Shown in pieces: positions 51,405 through 61,466 of a stretch of DNA of 64,000 bases; the stretch's first letter is position 1; each line of letters opens with the position of its first letter. The DNA is from Dimorphilus gyrociliatus (lineage: Eukaryota > Animalia > Annelida), in assembly GCA_904063045.1 (NCBI GenBank), contig CAJFCJ010000002.1, forward strand, positions 1,324,422 to 1,388,421, in the 5' to 3' direction. The notes under the pieces were generated by a model. That model saw only the letters and a program-made list of their open reading frames with translations, did no database searches and was not told where the DNA came from. The position numbers and the translations under genes were made by a program.

Positions 51405-54170
51405 ATGAAGTTGAAATTTAATTTTATCCGTGATCAACTAAAAGATGTGGAATTCCGTATGAACAAAGAATTAATACATATCATATTTAAGGCCGTAAAA
51501 AAGGACGGAAGATCATTATTTCAAAAATTTCTTGATAGTAAATACTTTAAAGCCATTGCCCTTGCTGTCACGTCTTATATCGCTATAAGAATTACTGTGA
51601 ATATCAATAAAAGAGTTAAACTTGCGGGTAAAAGAAAACGTAAGAGAGCTAAATTATCTTATGATATCAACAATCTTGAAAAACAATTAAATTTTCTATT
51701 GGATCAACAATCTGGAGTTAGTATAATTCTTTATAATACAGTATATAAAAGTTATTGTCGATAGAAATATTATTAAGGGTATATTTTCAGTTAAAAGACC
51801 GTCTGGAAGAAATAAGACTTTTACCACCTACGGAACTAATAAATGAAATGAAAACTGGAACTATTCAACCAACTGAAGCCCTCATAGCATATCAATTAGC
51901 TGTCAGTTTTTTTTACCCATCTGTAAACGTTTTTTTAATCAATTAAACATTGCTTCCCATTTGATATAGGCTATAGAAACACATAAAAATTATAATGTAT
52001 TAACTGATATTTTGGATGCTGCTGAGGTACGATTTCAATTTCAGAACGTTTGATCAATCATTTATAAATTGACTGTTAAATCTTTAGAAATATGCTCAAG
52101 AACTCACTTCTATGCCAATTAACGAACGAAAAGAGTCAGGTGGCAAATTATTTGGTCTACCAATAAGTCTATCTGAACACTTTACTATTAAAGTATTTAT
52201 AAACGATTTCAAAATTTTTATTTAGAAATGTATTAAATCATATTTTAGGAATATGACTCTACACTCGGACTAGCAGATTTGTTAGAAAATCCATCAGAAT
52301 CCAATTGTTCCCTTGTAGAAGTAAGAAATCATCAATTTTAACGAATCTATTATGATTACATATAATATGATATCATTTCTCTAGCTTCTTATTAAAGAAG
52401 GCGCCGTACCATTTGTAAAAACTAATGTTTCGCAATTGTTAATGAGGTAAGTCTAAATAGAATTCGATAACTTGTTTAAAAATTCTTCTCTTTTCTGTAT
52501 AGTATTGTATCAGACAATCCCATTTATGGATCAACCGAGAATCCTATGCGAAAAAATTTCGTTTGCGGAGCAGAGTCTTGTTTAGTATCAAGCAATGCAT
52601 CACCGATTGGTATTGTTACTGGATTCGGTTGCCATTCAAATGTATCAGCTCATTTCTCTGGTTTATATGGTTTGAAATTTTCATCATCCAGATGCCCGTA
52701 AGTATTTCTAAAATAAGATAATCACAATTGTATATATTTCATTAACAATAGTATGAAAGGACTTTCCTCCTACGGACGAGGTCAAATATTCTGTAAGGAA
52801 ATATTTTATAATTATGATATAATATAGTTAAATTAATATCTTTTATTATATAATTAACTTATAGCACCTTTGTCGGCTTGTATTGTCGGGAGAGATTTCA
52901 ATACCATTTTAAATTCCAGTCAAGCTATTATTGGTTCTGCTTCGCACTTAAACGATTATTCGTGTCCACCCATTCAATTTAAGCATGAGGTAAAGAAAAA
53001 GTTGTTCAATTTTTTAAATATATATCAGCTGTATTTGATACAGGTTGTAACCAGTGAAGAAAAGCTCACTATTGGATATTATACTTACGATGGATTATCT
53101 GTGGCTGACCCAGCAACTGAAAGAGCTATACTCCAAGTGAAAAAACTCTTAGAAGACAGAGGTCATAAATTGGTTTCATTTAATCCTTATAGAATTGATG
53201 AAGCGGCTATAGATTTGGAGTTATTAGCAATTTCAGGAGATGGTGGTTCCCGTTTGCGCAAGCTACTGTAAATATAAATACACTTTCTATTCGAAGATTA
53301 AATAACAAATGAAATATTTTATTTTCCTAAAATATCCAGATCTGGAGAAAGTGTATCCATGTATAATATGTCTGCCTATTTCGCTGCTTTTATGCCGCAA
53401 TTCATTAAGAAAGCAGTATATCAATTCTTTTACTGCCTAGGAGTATGTAGAAAGAACTTTGGAATAAATCATGTAACTTTTTAATCTATTTTTTTACAGA
53501 GGAAATACGAAAGTCGAGTAATGAAAGTTCTCCAAGGCTGCGAGTAAGAAGACCATTGAAATTTCAAAGTCTACATATTTAATAATTATTTATTTTTCAG
53601 GGATATTGAAAGCTATATTTGTAGAAGTGAAGAAGTTAAGGTTAGATATTTTATTACTAATTCTTAGTGAAAGAGATGTATTCAAGTTTGAAAAAATGAA
53701 ACTTTTGCAGATATTCAGAGAGAAATTTCAAAGTTATTTTCAATCCAAAAATCTGGATTGTTGCATATGTCCTACGTTTGCCTCTCCTGCACTCCCTCGC
53801 AAATATATTAGAGATATGTCATGTAAGAGACGTTAAATACTTCATACTCATCTAATAATAATCTATTTCAGATGTCAACAGTTTCTCAGCTCTCTATAGT
53901 GTATTAGATTGGCCAGCAGGCGTGGTACCAGTTACTAAAGTTAATGAAAAAGACATTGCCGAATTGAGCGATAATCCCCCGTCACCAACTTTTCATATAG
54001 CATCGAAAAAACGATTACGAAAGGCATTAAAAGAAACGAATGAATTGCCGATATGCATTCAATGTGTAGCTCCAAAGTACGAAGACGAAGTTGTATTACG
54101 ATTGATGAAAGAGATTGATGCAGGTTTAAAACTTGGCGCATATACCAATGAGCAGAGAATAGATAGTTAA
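51405..54170 (+). CDS. Fatty-acid amide hydrolase (FAAH1)-like amidase-signature protein, catalytic residues degenerate
   Basis: Multi-exon, with frame intact across the junctions checked. N-terminal TM segment (AIALAVTSYIAIRITV), GLPISLSEHF, DSTLG, GAVPFVKTNV, NPIYG..ENP, GLYGLK, IGYYTYD, LDWPAGVVPVTKV and LPICIQCVA all parallel FAAH1. The start may be 51405 or 51459. Confidence 0.85.
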
Positions 54171-54219
54171 ATTGTTGACTTTGTTTGAATATCGTCAAGA
54201 TCAAAAATAAATAAAATTA

Positions 54220-54873
54220 TCATCGACCTTTTTTCTCTTCTTTCCGCTTTCTTTCCTTTTGAGCTCGGTAATGAAGACTTATTTGAGTTACGGATCGCAT
54301 ACTCAGCGGCCATCTTTCTCGTATAGATTTTATTTTAGGTTTTTCAATAGGGGGTAAGAGAGTGAAAGAATTTTTATCGTACACCATTCCAGAGTACTTA
54401 TCTTGTTCAGATAACTTTAAAACAGGCTTACCATAGGCGTCAAGTATCGTCGTAACATATTCTTCTTCTGGAGGCTCGTAATATGAAAAATATAAACGTA
54501 GAGGAGTATGATCAGAGGCCAGATAAACTCGCCTTCGACACCATTTATTCCTTTCAGTCGTTGTACTACTATATAGGGGTTTCCTAACAGGTATCGGGGT
54601 GTCTACATTTATACGACACTTTTCTACCTGTTTTTTCTTCTTGAAACGACGCCATGCCAGACACGGCATTATAGTTTTTTGCAATGAAACTTTTGAAGGA
54701 ATTTGCGACCGCCTTTCCATAGATTTTTCTTTCGTGAACTTTGTCGAATCTGACGAAGGTGGCGGAGGATCGTCTAAGCGTACTTTTTCCTGAAAGGCAC
54801 TAACATCCTTATCTAACAATTCAGTATATTGCTTGTATTGACTAAAAGTTAAATTTGAATCGTATTTCTTCAT
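54220..54873 (-). CDS. Intronless basic ~217-aa protein of unknown function
   Basis: Long open frame with first ATG at 54873-54871 (the track's start is TTG) and protein-like composition. No family recognised. Confidence 0.55.
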   Translation of the reverse strand: MKKYDSNLTFSQYKQYTELLDKDVSAFQEKVRLDDPPPPSSDSTKFTKEKSMERRSQIPSKVSLQKTIMPCLAWRRFKKKKQVEKCRINVDTPIPVRKPLYSSTTTERNKWCRRRVYLASDHTPLRLYFSYYEPPEEEYVTTILDAYGKPVLKLSEQDKYSGMVYDKNSFTLLPPIEKPKIKSIRERWPLSMRSVTQISLHYRAQKERKRKEEKKGR

Positions 54874-55012
54874 CCTAGGCAACGCGTCGATTCAAACTGA
54901 ACACACGCGGTTAGGAACACTTCACTAATTGATTCATTTAAAGTCAATCCCTAACGGTTTTTTCCACTAATTAATAGTTTTAAAAAAACAATGCTTTGGT
55001 AATAAAATTAGT

Positions 55013-55028
55013 GGCCCTGAAAAGGGCC
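55013..55028 (-). terminator. Histone 3' stem-loop of H3
   Basis: Minus strand reads AAAAAC GGCCCTTTTCAGGGCC ACTAA, with purine-rich CCAAAG ~13 nt downstream (HDE-like). Confidence 0.95.
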
Positions 55029-55058
55029 GTTTTTTGTTTTTGTTGAAGTTGTAGTAGT

Positions 55059-55535
<477 letters not shown>

Positions 55536-55566
55536 CTACTTTTATGCTCAGTTTTGGCGCCAAAAG

Positions 55567-55626
55567 GTCACGTGACGTAGCGTCCTGCATGCTGATTGGT
55601 TATTCGGGAGAGCAAGATACCGACGA
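55567..55626. promoter_or_regulatory. Histone promoter module upstream of H3 (CACGTGAC - ATTGG - AGATACCGACGA)
   Basis: Motifs at 55569-55576, 55595-55599 and 55615-55626. The same module occurs upstream of H4 and between H2B and H2A. Confidence 0.75.
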
Positions 55627-56066
55627 GCAAATTTTTTGTAGCACGTTTTTTGAGGCATTGGGGTGACGACACTTAATTCTAGATTTTTGGCGCAATAATC
55701 AGTCATTAAACAATGTACACAATATATATACGTTTATATATTATTTAATAATTTAAATCACGTGATTAGACGCCCCGATATTATGAACGATACCTTAACC
55801 TTAAGGTAATAGCAACTGAAGAGTATAGCTTAGATATACTACTATAATAATGGCGGTCATTTTGTAATAGTACTTTTAATATAATATGAAAATTGAACAG
55901 GTATGATTTCTTTTATGATCAGTTTATTCAATCAGCTTAAAATTAACCAGTAACAAAGTTTTGAACATAATAGCATAAAAAATTTCAGTGTGAGTTTAAG
56001 ATGTTTACATGTTTAATAAATGTAAAATGGTTGTTTTTAGTTTAACATCTTTGGCAAAGATATGGT

Positions 56067-56082
56067 GGCCCTCAAAAGGGCC
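56067..56082 (-). terminator. Histone 3' stem-loop of H4
   Basis: Minus strand reads AAAAAC GGCCCTTTTGAGGGCC ACCATA, followed by CCAAAG ~12 nt downstream. Confidence 0.93.
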
Positions 56083-56115
56083 GTTTTTGTATATTCTTTA
56101 AAAGCAGGAACACAT

Positions 56116-56436
<321 letters not shown>

Positions 56437-56582
56437 TTATACCACAGTCGACGTTTACACTTCGAATGATGAGACCTGAGTGGTTTAGCCCAGTATTTAT
56501 AAGCAATCGAGAGCGCCAAATTGCGACCAATCAGAGACGTTACAATTTTACAACGGATTGTAAAGCTTCTCATTGGCTCGAT

Positions 56583-56641
56583 GTCACGTGACTTTTATCG
56601 CAACCCCTATTGGTCAATTCGCGAGAAGGAGATACAGACGA
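56583..56641. promoter_or_regulatory. Histone promoter module upstream of H4
   Basis: CACGTGAC 56585-56592, ATTGG 56609-56613, AGATACAGACGA 56630-56641. Confidence 0.75.
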
Positions 56642-57618
56642 GGTATGTTTAACGGAAACTTTCCCGATCAAACAAAGAAAGAGAAAATTCAAATGGTTAT
56701 AATAGAAAAAGTCGCATAACGCATGACTTTCCAAAGATAGTGGGTCTAATAAGAATCAGCAAACATTATAAAATATCCCAATAATAAAATAAACAAATTT
56801 CATTTTAATCGTAATTAATATTTTTATTAAAATTAAAGCATTACTATAAAATTAGGCATTATTATAATTACAGATGAAGGAATTTTAAAGATGCTTTACA
56901 TAAACGTAATTACGTAGGCTAAATCATAAATGTAAGATAAATCTCAGACTAAAATTCCTTTATTAAAAAGAAGTAGTTATCGCAAAAAAATGTGTGAAAC
57001 TAGTTGAGTATATTCTATGACACTGCTATAGATGGCACAATAGCATCAGTCGAAAGTTGAGAAAAAAGCGGTTACAAAATCTTTGTGTGCATTGTATGAT
57101 GTACAGTATATACAGTATATCCATATATTTTGAATATACAGTATTCTTTACGTAAATCAGAATAATATCTTACATGCTCAATAGGCCTAAAATGTTTAAA
57201 ATACAATATTATCTTGAGCTTTTATAGGACTAATTCCCAATTAGGATTTTATTGTATGTATAATCAACTGTTAATTCCATTTGCAAAAAATGTCTATCTG
57301 TCTGTCTGGTTTTGAATTAAAAGCTTATGAAGAAGATATGCAGTTTTTTTTAGACTATCGTCCTTATGTATATGTCTGTGTTTTAAGATATAGGACTAGT
57401 AAAATATTTCTCTTTATAAATGATTTATTAGTTTGTCACAATTCGTTATTATATGATACTAATATTTTAATATGAACATTTTACACTTGAATATGATATA
57501 TGCGAAATAAAAAGTACAATTTTAAAGGAATAATTGCAATTTTGTTCTATCATATTTGAAATTACAAAATGTCTGAATTATTATTCATTTTATCTTCTTA
57601 TCGTTTTTCTTTTGGGTT

Positions 57619-58002
57619 CTATTTAGCTGCGCTTGTATACTTGGTAACAGCCTTAGTACCTTCGGATACGGCATGCTTTGCTAATTCTCCAGGTAGAAGA
57701 AGACGAACTGCTGTCTGAATTTCTCTAGAGGTTATCGTGGATCTTTTATTATAATGGGCCAGTCTGGAGGCTTCGGCGGCAATTCTTTCGAAAATATCGT
57801 TCACGAACGAATTCATAATCGACATTGCCTTTGACGAAATACCCGTATCTGGATGAACTTGCTTAAGAACTTTATAAATGTAAATTGCATAAGATTCCTT
57901 TCTCTTTCTCTTCTTCTTCTTGTCGACGCTTTGTCTTGATTGACTCTTAGCTTTGGAGACGGCCTTTTTTGAGCCCTTCATAGCAACGGCTTTTGGCGGC
58001 AT
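57619..58002 (-). CDS. H2B: Histone H2B (divergent tail, no stem-loop)
   Basis: H2B fold ([26 protein letters not shown]...AVTKYTS). No stem-loop after the stop; AATAAA on the minus strand at 57429-57424. Confidence 0.98.
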   Translation of the reverse strand: MPPKAVAMKGSKKAVSKAKSQSRQSVDKKKKRKRKESYAIYIYKVLKQVHPDTGISSKAMSIMNSFVNDIFERIAAEASRLAHYNKRSTITSREIQTAVRLLLPGELAKHAVSEGTKAVTKYTSAAK

Positions 58003-58094
58003 AGTTGTTTAATTAATTAGCGATAATTTAATAATTTTACGTAATAGAGCAATATGCTGCTATGACAAAGCTATTTTCTTTTATTTTACGATTT

Positions 58095-58294
58095 ATGCAA
58101 ATTAGTTGTCTAAGTGTTCTCCAGTAATTTTCAACGCTTCTGATTGGCTGCCATAAGCGGCTCAATCATTCGCTACAGCCAGCCGGACGCTGATTGGCTG
58201 AAATTGTAAATTCAAAAGAAAAAAGAAATTTATTTACCACGTGACCAAATTAAAGGGCTCTTATTGGCTGAGTGGGAGGGAAAGATACAGACGA
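58095..58294. promoter_or_regulatory. Bidirectional H2B/H2A promoter: octamer, CCAAT boxes and shared histone module
   Basis: ATGCAAAT at 58095-58102; ATTGG near 58143, 58194 and 58263; CACGTGAC at 58238-58245; AGATACAGACGA at 58283-58294. Confidence 0.75.
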
Positions 58295-58369
58295 CGCTAG
58301 CGATAAAAGACTAGCATTCAGTTAGTCGATTTATTTTGAATTCACATCTCACCCTGAAAGTAAGAAAAC

Positions 58370-58741
58370 ATGTCTGGACGTGGAAAAGGTGGAAAAGCTA
58401 AGACCAAGAGCAAGACTCGTTCATCGAGAGCTGGGCTACAGTTTCCAGTCGGAAGAGTGCATCGTCATTTAAGAAAAGGAAATTATGCACAGAGAATTGG
58501 ATCTGGAGCACCCGTTTATCTATCAGCCGTCATGGAATACTTGGCCGCTGAAGTGTTGGAATTGGCGGGAAACGCAGCCAGAGACAACAAGAAATCTAGA
58601 ATCATCCCTAGACATCTCCAACTTGCAATCAGGAACGACGAAGAATTAAACAAGCTACTTAATGGTGTAACCATCGCTCAAGGAGGAGTACTACCCAACA
58701 TCCAAGCAGTCTTATTGCCCAAGAAAACCACAAAAGAATAA
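58370..58741 (+). CDS. H2A: Histone H2A (variant-like, no stem-loop)
   Basis: H2A fold ([12 protein letters not shown]...KGNY...[15 protein letters not shown]). No SQ(E/D) motif and no stem-loop; AATAAA at 58862-58867. Confidence 0.98.
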   Translation: MSGRGKGGKAKTKSKTRSSRAGLQFPVGRVHRHLRKGNYAQRIGSGAPVYLSAVMEYLAAEVLELAGNAARDNKKSRIIPRHLQLAIRNDEELNKLLNGVTIAQGGVLPNIQAVLLPKKTTKE

Positions 58742-58888
58742 AGAATATTTTGTCAAGATTAACATTAAAAAGTTTAAAACTGTTTAATTTATAAGACAAT
58801 AGTCATTTTTTATATGTAAATATTGTAAATACTGCTTGATCATTCTCTCTTTTTTTATATCAATAAATTAAAGAAAAACACAGAATTA

Positions 58889-61432
58889 CTATTTATCGTC
58901 AATTGCCGCTCTAATAGCGTTCTCTACAATCGTTAGCCAATTCAGTTTTTCGTCCGGAGACGACGTTTGACAATACCAGTTTCTATTGGGGGAGTGCATC
59001 CTAAAGCAGTCGCGCGTCACTGAAAGCATAGTCAAAATCATTAAAAAAAAAGTAAACCGATTAATAGTTAAATGTAACTAACGCTTTGAATCCGGTACAT
59101 CCTCTAAACGTAATCTTTTCAGAGAGGAGCAAGCTACGAATCTGTACGTATATTCCACTCTTCTCTCGTAGGGAAAGTGTCTGCTGGTTCGCTTTGTTAC
59201 AACAACGGCGTCGTTAAATAAAAACAAACCCAAGTCTTCAACGTGTTGGTAAGTTCTATTATTGTTATAATTTATTTATTTGTTTTTTAAAAAAAAAATA
59301 CTTGTATATTTAGAAATAATATATTTATTACTAACTTTAATTCACTTGCCACTGCCGTTGCGTTTGCTTTTAATAACGGCGCTTTTAAATGGGCCACGTC
59401 CAATTGCTTTATAAAATATCGGTTAGCCTCCATCAAACTCTATAGTTTTGTTTGATTAACTTATAAGTAAATATGTAAATTAGATTAAAGAAGAAATAAT
59501 TAATATTACCGGACAATTTAAAATTGTTTTCTGTAAGGAAATAATTTGTTGTTCCCTATCGCATCTCGTTTTCTGTTCAGTTATTAATTTCGATAATTCT
59601 TTAATAAGCTTCAGAGCCAAAGCTAGATCGCTGCGATCAGCGTGATCTTTGGGTGTATGCCTCTCGAACCAGGTCAAAAGTGTTACATAATCTAATATTC
59701 TTCTGGAAGGTAGTAATAAGATTTCTTGGATTCTCAGCATTTTTGTTGCAGGTGTTTTATCAGATCTGCTTAAAAATGCTCTAAAGGACGGTATTTGTTC
59801 GACGCTTTTCTCTATACAATGGAGTATCATGGAATAGTTTTGAAAAAAGTTTGTATAAACTTTTAATTGACCGCAAAATTTAACAAATAGATCTCCAAGA
59901 CAACTATGCGAATTCCAATCTTCTAGTCTTTTACGTAAATCATCTAAAAGATTCCTACTCAAATCTAGGATATTCATGGCATCGGCAAAGATCATTTGTA
60001 GATTATGGGCGCTTAGTATAGCCCTGAAAAAAAGGGAGGATTAGTTTACGCTTTAGTTCCTTTTTATTTAGAAATCCTTACTTATTATTAGACAGTGCGC
60101 TCTTTAAAGGTAATAAATACACTTTCTTTAGAGCGCCGAATGTCCGTCTGTAATCAGTTTCGGAAGAGAGAATCTCTTTAGCAACTGCAGTTCTCTTATC
60201 AGCAATTGATGCTAATACTTCGGGCGTCTAGTAATAGTTTTGAAAGGAAACGTTTATAGATTATATTGCTGTGCAGAGTTATACACTTATTTTTATTTAC
60301 CATTTTGATTGGTGGTCTTTGATTGTGTACACTTTTTGATAAAAGGGGTTCCCCTTCGGATGGCAAAGGACTATAGCTATTATCAAAGTTTTCACTCAGG
60401 GTGCTGTTAACGGGCTTAAAGGCACCAGTTTTCTTTACTGCAATTTGAGTAAGAGTATTGCCAGGCATATCCGTATCTAAAACTTCTGTACATTGTGTAT
60501 AGTTTTAGTAAGATAACGATATGATGGATTTGTTAAGATAGAAACCTTGAACATCATCACTTATATCATCTTTGATATCTTCGTCAACTTCAGATTCATC
60601 TTGATCGATGTCTTTTGTCTTCTTTTCAAAATTTTGGTAATTCTTTTTTTCCTTTTCATTTTCCTCTCCGTCGCCTACGCTTATGTCATCTTCTTTGCCA
60701 GTTGCATCGGAATAAATGTCATCCTCTTGAATAGTGTCTTTCAAAATTTCCGCTTTCATTGTCATGGCGGGCTTTAGAGTTCCGCCTGGTGGCTATAGAA
60801 AGAACAAACAGAGTAGGTCAAAGGTCGAAATGCCTATCGGCGTGAGGTTTTCTTTCATATACATAAAATAAAAAAAAAACTAATTAACTTACTGTCATGG
60901 ATTGTGCCAATTGTATATCCGCTTCCTTTACATTACTACGCCTAAGTAAGTATCTTCCTAGAAATTCCAATGAATTATTCTATTAAAAAACGATAGAAAG
61001 CTTTAATTTTACTGATATATTATAATATTAAATTGTAATTAACCGGTTCCTCTTGGCTTATTTGGTAGAGGCCATCTTGCAACGCGTTGCAAATCTCTTC
61101 AAATTTACCAACATGTAAGAGACCAGTAGAATCGTATAGAATTTGACCTAGAGGTCAAGGTCAGTTTGAATGACATAAAAGAGCTAAGAAAAGAGGGCGA
61201 ATTGTTTTTCTCTATCTTACCTGTTATTTGGGAACAAATATCTTTGTTCTGCCGTTCTAAATAAGAAGATAAGATCTTTTTGGTTCTTAGTGAACCTTCT
61301 GCTACTTGATCGGCAACGTTGGCCCATATTGACAATTTTTCGCTGCAGAAGTATAAACAAGGCTGTTTTTCCGATTCAGGTGAGGTTAGCCATTCAGAGT
61401 TCACTGCGTTGTTTGTTTATAGATCAATATAC

Positions 61433-61466
<34 letters not shown>

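Noticed and set aside
60199-60777. ORFs that could be a nested gene between ECT2L domains
   Set aside because: Same strand and splice-compatible with ECT2L, so treated as internal exons.
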